A stretch of 64,000 nt of DNA from Ignavibacteriota bacterium. Its GTDB lineage: Bacteria; Bacteroidota; Ignavibacteria; UBA10030. Of the stretch, positions 11,448 to 22,140 are shown one piece after another (within the stretch, counting starts at the first letter, position 1; each line of letters starts with the position of its first letter). The position numbers were made by a program, and so were the translations under genes. A model generated the notes under the pieces. It was not told where the DNA came from and did not search any database. It saw only the letters and a program-made list of their open reading frames with translations. The stretch is from positions 128,001 to 192,000 of the forward strand of contig CAVSHO010000009.1 in the NCBI GenBank assembly GCA_963727825.1. The letters run 5' to 3'.

Positions 11448-11559
11448 GATGCTTTATTATACTAAATAGTAGGGTAAATTCAAAAAAGAAAGCACTTATC
11501 ATTCCATCTTTTTAGTTTCCATTTGCCTTTGACGTGAGACTCTTTTATTTTGAAAGCAT

Positions 11560-12366
11560 ATGAAAAAATTCACACCGATTACTCTATTCCTCGCGATATT
11601 TTCTTTGCGTACCTTTTTCGGTCTTTACTCAATCGCCCTATCAATGTTCATGGGAAAAGGACAGCTACATCCTCGGCACTGGATGCGTAACCGCAGCAAC
11701 AGGTTTTATTTTTTACAGATCAGTCTCATCACCTTCAATTAGCAGAGATCAATCAACTTTCTAGTGAAACGGTGAATTGGTTTGATAGAAGCGCAACGAA
11801 CCATTATTCGGAAACAGCTGCTAACATGAGCGATATTTTATATGGTGCTGCAGCAGTTGCACCGTTTGCCTTGTTTGCAAATGAGACCATGCGCAATGAA
11901 TGGCGTACCATTACACTGATGTATATCGAAACTTGGTCATTCATTGGAGGAACTTCGATGCTAAGCAAGGGATTGGTAGAGAGATATCGTCCTTATGTAT
12001 ATAATCCGAACGTTCCTTTAGATAAAAAATTGAACAGCGATGCAAAGATGTCTTTTTTTTCTAATCATACAACTGCGGCGTTTGCCTCCGCAGTTTTTCT
12101 CTCCACAGTTTATAGTGATTACAATCCCAACTCAGAATGGAGACCGTACGTTTGGGCTGGTTCTTTATTGATAGCAAGTGTTGTTGGTTACTTGAGATAT
12201 GAAGCCGGCGAACATTTTCCTACCGATATAATAGCTGGTGCCGTTGCAGGAAGTGCAATCGGCTATGCTAATTCCATGGATGCACCGTGTTAACAAAGAG
12301 AATGTGTCTATTACTCCTGGTATACCTCACGCCGACTATGGCTTTTCGATACAGGTAAAGTTTTAA
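11560..12366 (+). CDS. PAP2 family phosphatase, frameshifted near both ends
   Basis: K..VERYRP, SFFSNHT and R..AGEHFPTD motifs in 11772-12293; signal-like MKK start at 11560; a C-terminal continuation in another frame ends at TAA 12366. Confidence 0.75.
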
Positions 12367-12373
12367 TTTATAC

Positions 12374-12517
12374 GTAGAGACGTTCAATTGAACGTCTCTA
12401 CAAAAGATTTGTTTGGCTTCGTTGGTTCACGGAGTTTAGGCAACAGTGTAGAGTCCAGTCACCGACTGGACTCTCTCTTTTGCCTTCATATTTTCCGATC
12501 TGGTGATCGGACTCTAC
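12374..12517. repeat. GTAG-type REP-like palindromes
   Basis: Perfect 28-bp palindrome GTAGAGACGTTCAATTGAACGTCTCTAC (12374-12401); inverted pair GTAGAGTCCAGTC..GACTGGACTCT (12448-12474) and TCCGATC..GATCGGACTCTAC (12494-12517), the latter overlapping the ampG stop codon. Confidence 0.8.
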
Positions 12518-13935
12518 CCCAATTTTTTCCTTCCGAATCCGGGATCGATTTTCACTAATGCAGCGACAATAAATCCCGGAATCGTCGATATCATTACCCA
12601 TAAAAAGAAATGCTGATAGCCGACGAGTTCTTGAATTTTCCCGCTCATCATTCCGGGCAACATCATTCCCAGCGCCATAATGCCGGTGCAAATAGCAAAG
12701 TGCGCTGTCTTATGTTCGCCCTGCGAGATATAAATCATATACATTGCATAAGCTGTGAATCCAAACCCATATCCAAACTGCTCCAGTGCCACTGCGATAT
12801 TGATGAACAATAAATTAGTCGGCTGGAAATGCGAAAGATATACGAACATTAAATCCGGCGTGTGCATAATGATCACCATCGGCCAAAGCCACCATCGAAG
12901 GCCTTTCTTTGAAATTGCATATCCGCCGAGTAATCCACCGGCAGTTAGTGCAATTATGCCGACTGTACCGTATACAATTCCGACTTCACTTGTTGCCAAT
13001 CCAAGTCCGCCTTTATCACGCGGATCGAGTAAAAATGGCGAAACGAGTTTTACTAATTGTGCTTCTGCAAAACGATAGAAGAGCAAGAATAAAAGGATTA
13101 CTAAAATATCTTTACGTTTGAAGAATATAACGAAGGTGTGAATGAATTCTTTGTTTATGTTATTCAACTTTGACCCTGAGTTAAAAAACGATCTCCCCTT
13201 CCGCCCAAAAGCCGGCGGATAAATTTTCCCCTCCTTAGTAAGGAGGGGATATGGGGTGGTAATATTTTTATCATTATCAAGAACAGTGTCGGCAAGAAAT
13301 GAATTTGAAATCTGTAAGGTTGATTTATCTGATGTGGGATATGGAAGAATAAATCGATGATACAAACAAAGCACTGCGAACATAACAGCAATCACTAAAA
13401 AGGTAATCGACCACGCCTGTGGAATCCCAATGCGCGACTCTAACGTTCCTGCCAATACAACTAATGCACCTTGTCCTGCAATCATCGCGATGCGATAAAA
13501 TGTACTGCGAATACCGACAAATGCTGCTTGCTGCGGCTCGTTCAAACCTAACATATAAAATCCATCAGCGGCAATATCATGCGTGGCAGAGCTGAATGCC
13601 ATCAACGCAAAGATAGAAAGTGTCAGAACAAGGAATGAAGGCATCGAAATAGTGAACGCAACGCCGACGAGTGCAATGGAAATCAGCAACTGTGTCGAGA
13701 CGACCCAGAACCGTTTTGTTAAAAACATATCAACGAATGGGCTCCACAACGGTTTAATCGCCCAAGGTAAATAAAGCCAGCTTGTGTAAAGTGCGATATC
13801 AGTGTTTGAGATACCAAGTTTCTTATACATTATCACAGATACCGTCATCACTACGACGTATGGAATTCCTTCAGCAAAGTAAAGCGACGGAACCCAAGCC
13901 CAAGGATTTCGATGTGTTGGTTTTGTTATGTTCAT
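12514..13935 (-). CDS. ampG: AmpG-family muropeptide MFS permease
   Basis: PWAWVPSLYFAEGIP, LPWAIKPLWSPFVD, SATHDIAADGFY and a multi-TM pattern; carries a repeat-derived central-loop insertion. Confidence 0.85.
   Translation of the reverse strand: MNITKPTHRNPWAWVPSLYFAEGIPYVVVMTVSVIMYKKLGISNTDIALYTSWLYLPWAIKPLWSPFVDMFLTKRFWVVSTQLLISIALVGVAFTISMPSFLVLTLSIFALMAFSSATHDIAADGFYMLGLNEPQQAAFVGIRSTFYRIAMIAGQGALVVLAGTLESRIGIPQAWSITFLVIAVMFAVLCLYHRFILPYPTSDKSTLQISNSFLADTVLDNDKNITTPYPLLTKEGKIYPPAFGRKGRSFFNSGSKLNNINKEFIHTFVIFFKRKDILVILLFLLFYRFAEAQLVKLVSPFLLDPRDKGGLGLATSEVGIVYGTVGIIALTAGGLLGGYAISKKGLRWWLWPMVIIMHTPDLMFVYLSHFQPTNLLFINIAVALEQFGYGFGFTAYAMYMIYISQGEHKTAHFAICTGIMALGMMLPGMMSGKIQELVGYQHFFLWVMISTIPGFIVAALVKIDPGFGRKKLG
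13193..13260. repeat. Composite palindromic repeat read in frame within ampG
   Basis: TCCCCTCCTT-AGT-AAGGAGGGGA (13227-13249) plus TCCGCC-CAAAAGCC-GGCGGA (13200-13219); a related CCCCACC..CCTCCCC..GGGGAGG repeat lies at about 14004-14033. Confidence 0.75.
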
Positions 13936-14106
13936 TTTTTACCTCGTAACTACTCAACATATTCATATATTGTGGAAAATTGAGATTGAAAGAAATAGAA
14001 TGACCCCACCTTAGTCCTCCCCTTCAGGGGAGGAATTTTTCAAGAAGGTCGATATATATAAAAGGTTACCAAAAGGACGTTGAGCAATTACATTATATCT
14101 TATTGA

Positions 14107-15441
14107 TCAGTATAGCTTCTTTAATTCTGCACAATGGAAGTAATGTTTCAATATTTCTTCCGCGGTGAATCCTTTCGACGCCATTACTGCCGCACCGATT
14201 TGACAAAGGCCAACACCGTGTCCCCATCCCGCTCCATAAAATACGAACTTCATCGGTACTCCTTTCCCGTCTCGTTCGATTTTCACGATGAATGCGCTCG
14301 AATACAAATGCGACTTCGATAACCAGCGGCGGATTTCCAATTCTTTTCCCACAACCATCGTTCGTTTCGATCCGACAATCTTCAATTTGACAATACGTCC
14401 GGATATACCGCGCTTCAAAGGGACGATATCCATAATTGTCCCAAAGTCGATTTCTGATTTTGCATGCAAAATTTCTTCAAGCTGCTCTCGTGAATACTCG
14501 ATTTTCCACCGAAAGAAGTCCGTTGTTTCCTGATCAAACGATGGCAGCACATGCTGTAATATATTTCTATTGGTCGTATTGCAATAAACATCAGGTGAAG
14601 AAGTGATCCATCGTTCAGCATCAGCTTCATTCAATATTGGTGGATAGTTTACAGAAGAATCAGAAACAGATTGAAGACATGGAATTTGTGTCTCTTCCCA
14701 ACAATTTTCAAACAACTCAGTTCTCCCGCCGCAAGCTTTAGAAAACCGGGCGTCGCAAACCTCATTATCAGCAACGAGAACTATTCCTTGCGTTGCTTCG
14801 ACCGCCTCTTTTACAAAATTTGAAATAATTCTTGTAATTCCTTGATAACGCTGGCAGTGATCATCGGCGCAGACATCAAAGAATGCGTGATCTTCTCTGT
14901 CGTACCAGCGGATAATTTCGTTTTCCGTCTCAAGTGATTGCTGTGATTGTTTGCTGATATTTTTGAATTTCTCTAGACGCTCTAACATTGCCACGAGCCA
15001 ACTTCGTGAAATAATAGCATGTGCTTGCAGCAGCTCGATCGGAGCTTCGGCACTCATTTCTGAGGAGATAACGCTTTGAAGATACAACTCTAAACAAACT
15101 TCATTTATCACTGTAAGTGTACCATCAGCATTCAATAGAATCCTAAGATCACCTTCAAAGGTTTGCTTTTCTTTTCGTTCCCAGTGAAAATTGATCCCGA
15201 TAGTGACGCCGCTCAATGTGAACGTAGCATTATTCAACGAACGGCAGTAAAGTTCTTCTGATCGAAGTACTTCCACTTCTTCATCGTCATACAGTACCAA
15301 GTGTCCATCTTTACTCGCACCTCGAAAAGAACCCTGCAATTTTATAGAGTAGGGCAATTCAAAGTATCCGTTGAAATTACCGCGAACTTCTTTCGAGTTC
15401 TCGATTAGGCCAACGGAGATTATCGGTTCCGAGGAGATCAA
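14107..15441 (-). CDS. SpoIID/LytB domain protein (lytic transglycosylase-like)
   Basis: LELYLQSVISSEM, DVCADDHCQRYQG, FSKACGG and GAGWGHGVGLCQIGA. Confidence 0.92.
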   Translation of the reverse strand: MISSEPIISVGLIENSKEVRGNFNGYFELPYSIKLQGSFRGASKDGHLVLYDDEEVEVLRSEELYCRSLNNATFTLSGVTIGINFHWERKEKQTFEGDLRILLNADGTLTVINEVCLELYLQSVISSEMSAEAPIELLQAHAIISRSWLVAMLERLEKFKNISKQSQQSLETENEIIRWYDREDHAFFDVCADDHCQRYQGITRIISNFVKEAVEATQGIVLVADNEVCDARFSKACGGRTELFENCWEETQIPCLQSVSDSSVNYPPILNEADAERWITSSPDVYCNTTNRNILQHVLPSFDQETTDFFRWKIEYSREQLEEILHAKSEIDFGTIMDIVPLKRGISGRIVKLKIVGSKRTMVVGKELEIRRWLSKSHLYSSAFIVKIERDGKGVPMKFVFYGAGWGHGVGLCQIGAAVMASKGFTAEEILKHYFHCAELKKLY

Positions 15442-16439
15442 ATTATTTTCTCCAATATTTCATCGATAATTTCCTGTTTCTCGCTTACCTCAGAGAAAAT
15501 GTCTTCAATCAATTTTGCATTAACGTTTAAGAAATCCTTTTCCAACGGTGTTACTATAAGTCCACCCATATCCACAGCCGCAGGACTAATCAACACGCGT
15601 TCATTACCATCCTTATAATATACACTCGGTCGATGCTTTTGCCGCGGAAAGATAATGAGCCGCCAAATATTTTCTTGATACGAACAAAGAACATTTGCCA
15701 TAGGCTCTTTGACAAGGCGGAGGTACTTTTTCCACTCAACAAATATTTTATGTATAAAGGCGAGCAGTTGAATTTTGTCAGTTGATTCGACAATCATAAC
15801 TGTTCTGCCATAATTCATCAAGGTAAATCCTGCAACATGATTTTTATAGTAGAACCGTTTACGCCTTTGGACATTCACTGAGTCGCGCTCAACAGGAATA
15901 GCAAGACGAGGGCTTGCCTGAAAATGCAAATGATCCGGTGCTGACGCGCCGCATTCCGGTCCATTATAAAATATTGTGTAGTCGGGACAAAGATCTCTTG
16001 CAAGATCGAGCATCGCATCAATAGAAGATTCAAAATCTTGCCGCGTATGACGCATGCTTGATATGGTAAAATGTCTAAAAAAAATCGGAACAGGATTACA
16101 GAGAATTAGGTAATCGTCACGATATAAAATCCCTTGTTGTTCTTCTGGAAGATTCTCAAGACAGAGGATACATTTACGATTATTAATTACTCCCGGATCG
16201 ACATTAGCTTCAGTACTAACGATGCGTTTCGGATTAAATTGCACTTTTACCGTGAATCCACTACAGGTAATTTCGCGAACTTGAACTGACTTAAACGAGG
16301 CATATCCTGCTGCCATCTGTTGCCAAGCTGATTGCTGCTGTGCGAAAAGTTCTGAACACAAATTCGGTAATGCAGCACTTTGGCTTGCAGAATTAAAACA
16401 GTTGAAAACTTTCGGAGTAATATAATCAGCCTGTGTCAA
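15438..16439 (-). CDS. DUF4922 protein (HxHxQ nucleotidyltransferase-like motif)
   Basis: QFNPKRIVS, CILC, FYNGPECGASAPDHLHFQ and ISPAAVDMGG. Confidence 0.85.
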   Translation of the reverse strand: MTQADYITPKVFNCFNSASQSAALPNLCSELFAQQQSAWQQMAAGYASFKSVQVREITCSGFTVKVQFNPKRIVSTEANVDPGVINNRKCILCLENLPEEQQGILYRDDYLILCNPVPIFFRHFTISSMRHTRQDFESSIDAMLDLARDLCPDYTIFYNGPECGASAPDHLHFQASPRLAIPVERDSVNVQRRKRFYYKNHVAGFTLMNYGRTVMIVESTDKIQLLAFIHKIFVEWKKYLRLVKEPMANVLCSYQENIWRLIIFPRQKHRPSVYYKDGNERVLISPAAVDMGGLIVTPLEKDFLNVNAKLIEDIFSEVSEKQEIIDEILEKII

Positions 16440-16457
16440 GGAATATTTTCCTTTCTG

Positions 16458-16979
16458 TTATTTATCTCCAGCCAGAATTTTCTCTATCTGAATGAACCCG
16501 ATGAAATGATCAACTGAGGTTTTGCCCATCGTAAACGGCATATCCTCTACAATTTCATATCCCATTTTTTTATACCACGCAATCGCCGATTTATTTTTGA
16601 CCATCACGCCAAGCCAGATATTTTCAAGTCCCATTGATTTAGCCCGCTCTGCCGCCGATTTCATTAACTTTCTGCCAAGCCCGAGATTTTGATAAACAGG
16701 AAGAATGTACAATTGCTGCACATAAAGCCTATTTTCTTTTTCGTTGCAGTAAGTCTTTTCATAGCCGGCAATCGCATCATCATACTCAGCAACAAATCCG
16801 GTAACTTTAGCGTCGTTATACTGTTCGGCAAGTTTTTCTAATGTATAATTCTCGTTGAAATACACCTGCAAATCATCAATGGGAATGAAACTCGAATACG
16901 ATTCCTTCCACGTTTCCCATAGTATGTACTGCACAATCTTAAGATCGTCTTGATGCCAAAGACGAATATTGATGCTCAT
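16458..16979 (-). CDS. GNAT N-acetyltransferase
   Basis: LYILPVYQNLGLG acetyl-CoA motif and N..AIAWYKKMGY. Confidence 0.9.
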   Translation of the reverse strand: MSINIRLWHQDDLKIVQYILWETWKESYSSFIPIDDLQVYFNENYTLEKLAEQYNDAKVTGFVAEYDDAIAGYEKTYCNEKENRLYVQQLYILPVYQNLGLGRKLMKSAAERAKSMGLENIWLGVMVKNKSAIAWYKKMGYEIVEDMPFTMGKTSVDHFIGFIQIEKILAGDK

Positions 16980-18466
16980 TTTATCTTTCCGTTGAATTGT
17001 TGGCGAGAAAGAATTTCGATCGTGCGAAGTTTATCTTTGAAATGATCATTCTTATTTGCAATCTCGATCGAAAGCGCTGTATCCGTGTTACCTTCCCAGC
17101 GTCGGCAAAGATAAAGCGGTTCGTAGATTCTTCCGATTTGATATTGATGAGACAACCGTAGGGCAATGGCATAATCTTCGCCATAATTCACATTGGGCAT
17201 TCCACCGATTTCTCGAAGCAATGCCGTATTGAAAGCACGGGGGGCACCAAGTCCGTTGATACGAAGCGCATTATTCCTTCCGTTTCTCGGTGTCCATTCT
17301 TTGTGATCGACTATGCCGGGCGGGAGTTCCTCTAATTTCATGTTCACTAATTTGTACGAACCAATCACCATTGCAAAGTTACTGCGATGGAATTCATTAA
17401 CAATTTTCTGAAGAGTATCCTGTCTTGAATAAATATCATCGGAATCGAGTTGAACGACATACCGGCCGCAGGCTTTGGAATAAATAGCTTCATTCCAACA
17501 TCCACCAATGCCAAGATCTGTCCGAGGTGGAATTTGATGCTTGACCAGTGGATTTTTTTCAGCAATGTGCTGAAGCAGTTGTGTTGTACCGTCGGTGGAA
17601 TAATTATCAATGACAATACAGTTAAATGGAAAATTTGTTTTCTGCTCCAAAACGCTTTTTATGGCTTCAGCAACTGTATTTAGGCGATTTCGAACTGGAA
17701 TTACAACACTTGCCTCCACTGGAAAATGGATATCGTACTTCGGCACCTTTGCAAATTCTGGCTTTAGATATGCGCCGATTCGTTTAAGATGCTTTGTAGC
17801 CACCATCTCCATTTCTTTTTGAGCCTGTTGTTCGGAAGGGTTTACGTAATCAAACTGTCTTTCGCCATTTTTATGTACATTAGATTTTATTTTTGTATAA
17901 AGACATTCCTGTATATGAAAAAGTTGATGATCAATGGAAACCTTCAAGCGAAGATCATAGAATCCCGCTTTATAGACATTTTCAAGCTTTCCATAACATT
18001 TAATTGCTTTCTTCACAGCACAAGTGGAGAAAACGAGAACATACCCGAAATCGAAAGTATCACGAATACTGCCGAGTTGATATTCGTTCAATGGATGTTC
18101 GAAGCGATTTCCGTTCTTCGCATCGTAATGGTCTGAGTAGGTCATTCCTGCACCAGTCTGTTCGGCAATTCCAATCATTCGTTCCAATTCAAATTGACTT
18201 ATTTTAATATCTTGGGCTTGCGAAATAAAAACAAAATATTTCGTTTTTATTCTCGCGAGAATTTGATTGAGTGTTTTACCCGAGAGGAATGAATTCGTTT
18301 TTATTGGAAAGCACTTAAAATGGGTTCTAGTATAGTCGCCACTGTGGATAACTAAAATCTTTTCGATAAACGATGAATCGATTAAACGATTGATCGTCAT
18401 CTCAAATTGTGGACTTAGAAAATATTGAAGGATAATAGTAAGGGTTATTTTTTCTTTTTTCATCAA
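16976..18466 (-). CDS. Glycosyltransferase family 2 with N-terminal extension
   Basis: SVVIPVRN, IDNYSTDGT, QLDSDD and YGEDY. Confidence 0.9.
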   Translation of the reverse strand: MMKKEKITLTIILQYFLSPQFEMTINRLIDSSFIEKILVIHSGDYTRTHFKCFPIKTNSFLSGKTLNQILARIKTKYFVFISQAQDIKISQFELERMIGIAEQTGAGMTYSDHYDAKNGNRFEHPLNEYQLGSIRDTFDFGYVLVFSTCAVKKAIKCYGKLENVYKAGFYDLRLKVSIDHQLFHIQECLYTKIKSNVHKNGERQFDYVNPSEQQAQKEMEMVATKHLKRIGAYLKPEFAKVPKYDIHFPVEASVVIPVRNRLNTVAEAIKSVLEQKTNFPFNCIVIDNYSTDGTTQLLQHIAEKNPLVKHQIPPRTDLGIGGCWNEAIYSKACGRYVVQLDSDDIYSRQDTLQKIVNEFHRSNFAMVIGSYKLVNMKLEELPPGIVDHKEWTPRNGRNNALRINGLGAPRAFNTALLREIGGMPNVNYGEDYAIALRLSHQYQIGRIYEPLYLCRRWEGNTDTALSIEIANKNDHFKDKLRTIEILSRQQFNGKIK

Positions 18467-18581
18467 TTGTTCTCGGAATTGTATTATCGTGGAAAATACA
18501 GAGTAATGCAGATGTCTAATCTCTCATCTTTAACTCTGTAATCCTTTGTTCCATTCGCGGTTGAATATTATCTGCCCCTAG

Positions 18582-19538
18582 CTATTCATTTAACAACCGA
18601 ATCGCCATCAGCGCAGCACCTACAACAGGAGATGATTCGGCATTGCGAATAATAATAAGCGGTACTTCTCGCTTGATAGCCGAACGAATTTTACGTGAGT
18701 AAAAATTATCATTCATCAGCAGATTGCCAACGAATGCCAATGGGCGCCTTGGAACGCCCTTCCTCCCTTTATTCATCTTATTCAGGACTGCATTAATTAC
18801 TTCAACTAAATCAGAACAAGCAAGAACAAGAATTTTCTTTGCAACCGAATCACCTTTCGACGCCGCTTCCATTAATACCGGCACAACAGAAGACAAATCA
18901 TATTTCTCTCCATAAACAGCATCGATAATAGCATCTTGAGTTCCAAGTCCGAATTTCTCATCAAATAATTTAGCCAATTTTGTTTTTTCACCATAGCCAT
19001 CGAGCAATTTTGCCACAGCGCGGAATGCTTCTCTTCCAATGGCATAACCGCTTCCTTCGTCGCCGATTAATCTTCCCCATCCACCCGCACGATAAATTTT
19101 ATCACGTTCATCTTTTCCAAATACAATCGACCCGGTTCCTGAAATAACGACAATCCCTGGCTTACCACTGAATGCACCTTCCAGCGCGATCCGCGCATCG
19201 CTTTCTATCGATACTTTTTCAAGATTAAGATTCTTCATGCGCGCTATTTCCAGCAATCTTTCCATTATGCGCTGCTGATCAAAAACGCGGTCGGCTCCCG
19301 CCAGTCCTGCCACTATTGCACCGATTTGTGAAACACTGCATCCAACAGAATGACAACATGTTTGGATTAGATCAAGAATTGTGCTGGCAGTTTTCTCAAT
19401 GCCAACGATATGGAAGTTTGACGGACCTCCCTGTGCTTCGGAAAGTATAATACCATCCAAAGCACAGAGTACAGCAGTGGTCTTTGTCCCACCACCTTCA
19501 ATGCCAATAACATAAAGAGGTTTATCCATATATGACAA
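18582..19538 (-). CDS. BadF/BadG/BcrA/BcrD-type amino-sugar kinase (GlcNAc/MurNAc kinase-like)
   Basis: GIEGGGTKT, GLAG, ISGTGS and GGWGRLIGDEGSG. Confidence 0.88.
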   Translation of the reverse strand: MSYMDKPLYVIGIEGGGTKTTAVLCALDGIILSEAQGGPSNFHIVGIEKTASTILDLIQTCCHSVGCSVSQIGAIVAGLAGADRVFDQQRIMERLLEIARMKNLNLEKVSIESDARIALEGAFSGKPGIVVISGTGSIVFGKDERDKIYRAGGWGRLIGDEGSGYAIGREAFRAVAKLLDGYGEKTKLAKLFDEKFGLGTQDAIIDAVYGEKYDLSSVVPVLMEAASKGDSVAKKILVLACSDLVEVINAVLNKMNKGRKGVPRRPLAFVGNLLMNDNFYSRKIRSAIKREVPLIIIRNAESSPVVGAALMAIRLLNE

Positions 19539-19765
19539 AAATATTGACGATAATTAGCAGAAAAGCAACTATGAGAAGGCTCAGTGATAAGGAGTCCGTG
19601 TATAATACTCAAGTATTTGCTATTCATCAACGATTCCCGATTATCAATTCAACCAAATTATTCCTATTTTTTAATAATATAATATATGAAATGAAACGAT
19701 TTTCTCCGTTCATTGGTTTAGAAGTAAACAGAGTTCACTATTGGACAACTCAATAAAGGTGTTTT

Positions 19766-20254
19766 ATGAAACGCGGATTCATTCTTTCATTACTTCTCGC
19801 ATCGTTTATATTTGCCATCGGCAACGCACAATCCGTTCAAATCCAGAAAGCTCCAAATTTTTCACTCAAGACTTATGATGGCAAAATTGTCGAACTTGCT
19901 AAATTGAAAGGTACAGTTGTTGTCGTAAATTTCTGGGCTACGTGGTGTCCACCTTGCCGTGCAGAGATTCCAGATTTTATCAAAGTTTATGATACTTATA
20001 AATCAAAGGGATTAGAAATCGTGGGCATTGCACTCGATGAAGATGGCTGGCTAAAAGTAAAACCATTCTTAGAAAAGAATAAAATGCATTACCCCATTGT
20101 GCTGGGTAATGCTGAAGTTGTGCAAAAATATGGCGGCATTGAAGGTATTCCAACAACTTTCATTGTGGATAAGAAAGGAAATATCGTTGACCACCAGGTA
20201 GGCATGCTGACAAAAGGAATGCTGGAACAGAAAATCAAACAATTATTGAAATAG
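19766..20254 (+). CDS. TlpA family thiol:disulfide oxidoreductase
   Basis: Signal peptide, VNFWATWCPPCRAEIP and IPTT. Confidence 0.93.
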   Translation: MKRGFILSLLLASFIFAIGNAQSVQIQKAPNFSLKTYDGKIVELAKLKGTVVVVNFWATWCPPCRAEIPDFIKVYDTYKSKGLEIVGIALDEDGWLKVKPFLEKNKMHYPIVLGNAEVVQKYGGIEGIPTTFIVDKKGNIVDHQVGMLTKGMLEQKIKQLLK

Positions 20255-20275
20255 TATGTTCTTGACGGATACGCA

Positions 20276-22105
20276 TTGTTTCTTGCAATGCAAAACCACC
20301 AATTCCATAATTCCGGATTACAGGTAAAAACAGCTATGAAACATTTTCTTTGCGCGCTTATTTCAATTCTCTTTATTGCCTTGGCACTCATCGCACAACC
20401 AACGTCTGCAGCACAGCAAGTAAATGCAAGAGCAATACTCTCCACAGACAAAATACAAGCCGGCAGTACTATTCAGATTGCTCTACAATTGAAGATCTCT
20501 GATGACTGGCATATCAATTCGCATACACCAACATTTGACTATCTGATTGGCACAACTTTCGAACTTCAATCTAAGGAAGAAATTATACTTGCTGATATAC
20601 AGTATCCAAAAGGCAACCCTGTCTCACTATCTTTTGCAGATCAACCTATCGACGTGTATGAAGGAACAACCACAATCTTTGCCTCTCTGAGAATTTCTGA
20701 TAAACTGAATCCCGGCATTGATACAATTAAAGGAAAGATAACTTTCCAGGCCTGCAATAATCAAATATGCTTGCCTCCTTCGGCCATTAATGTAAATATC
20801 CCCATTCAAATTGTTGGACCAGGTGAAGCTGTCACACCTCTGAATCAAGATCTCTTTGCTAATTATAAACCGATTGATTTCATTCACACTGAAACAAAAA
20901 ATGATATCGCGGCAATGTTCGAATCAAATGGCTTGTTGTTGACTTTCTTTGCCATCTTTCTCATTGGCCTTGCGCTCAATCTTACGCCATGTGTTTATCC
21001 AATGTTGTCCGTAACTGTTTCGCTCTTTGGTTCACAAGCAGAAACAAAATTTATCCGCGTTTTCTTCAAAGCTCTTCTTTATGTTCTTGGCATCGCAACG
21101 ATGTACAGCGTGCTCGGTGTAATTGCAGCACTTGGCGGCGGATTATTTGGAAGCTGGCTCCAAAGTCCTTGGGTGCTTGGCAGTATTGCGGCTTTGTTGT
21201 TCGCTCTCGCGCTTAGCTCGTTCGGTTTGTATCAGATACAAATGCCTTTTTGGCTGACAAGCAGATTGGGTGGAACATCGGGCAGTGGATTCATAACAAT
21301 TTATTTATCAGGACTCGTTGTTGGTGTGTTCGCCGCACCGTGCGTTGGCCCGCCGGTGATTGCATTGTTAACATTTGTTGCAGCAAAAGGAAGTGCTTCA
21401 TTCGGTTTCTGGATATTTTTTACGCTATCACTCGGACTTGGATTTCCATATTTACTTCTCGGTACCTTCGCCGGGCTTCTTAAAAAAATTCCGCGCTCTG
21501 GTTCGTGGTTAGTATGGGTAGAACATATCTTCGGGGTTATTCTCACAGGAGCGGCATTATTCTATTTTTCTCTTGCTATTGCACCAAGGCTCGCCATTTA
21601 TGTCATTCCGATTACGCTTGCCGCCGGTGGAATTTATCTCGGCTTCATTGATAGATCCGGAAAAGATAAACCAGCATTGAAACGAATTCAATGGGTACTG
21701 GGAATAATTGCAATAGCCATAGGACTCATCTTCGCTAACAACCTGCGAAACAAAGGTGTGACATGGGAAACTTATTCCGATGCAAACCTATTAAAAGCTA
21801 AGGAGAGCAAAATACCTATTATAATTGATTTCTATGCAGATTGGTGCATTCCGTGTTTGGAACTCGATCGAAATACATGGACAGATGAAGAAGTTATTCA
21901 GGCAATGAAAGATATCAAAAGAATAAAGGTGGATCTGACACATTTCGATTCACCGGAATCTGAGAACTTACGAAAGAAGTTCAACATCTCCGGAGTTCCT
22001 ACAGTAATATTTATCAAGGCGGACGGAACAGAAGCGAATGAGTCTCGAATTATTGGGTTTGTAAACCCAAAGGAATTTATGATAAAGCTAAAACAAATAT
22101 TTTAG
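20276..22105 (+). CDS. dsbD: DsbD-type thiol:disulfide interchange protein (likely start near 20336)
   Basis: N-domain QACNNQICLPP, TM domain TPCVYPM and APCVGP, C-terminal FYADWCIPC. Confidence 0.9.
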   Translation: MFLAMQNHQFHNSGLQVKTAMKHFLCALISILFIALALIAQPTSAAQQVNARAILSTDKIQAGSTIQIALQLKISDDWHINSHTPTFDYLIGTTFELQSKEEIILADIQYPKGNPVSLSFADQPIDVYEGTTTIFASLRISDKLNPGIDTIKGKITFQACNNQICLPPSAINVNIPIQIVGPGEAVTPLNQDLFANYKPIDFIHTETKNDIAAMFESNGLLLTFFAIFLIGLALNLTPCVYPMLSVTVSLFGSQAETKFIRVFFKALLYVLGIATMYSVLGVIAALGGGLFGSWLQSPWVLGSIAALLFALALSSFGLYQIQMPFWLTSRLGGTSGSGFITIYLSGLVVGVFAAPCVGPPVIALLTFVAAKGSASFGFWIFFTLSLGLGFPYLLLGTFAGLLKKIPRSGSWLVWVEHIFGVILTGAALFYFSLAIAPRLAIYVIPITLAAGGIYLGFIDRSGKDKPALKRIQWVLGIIAIAIGLIFANNLRNKGVTWETYSDANLLKAKESKIPIIIDFYADWCIPCLELDRNTWTDEEVIQAMKDIKRIKVDLTHFDSPESENLRKKFNISGVPTVIFIKADGTEANESRIIGFVNPKEFMIKLKQIF

Positions 22106-22140
22106 AATATTTTAGGCTATTTATAATAGCGGAGAAACAA

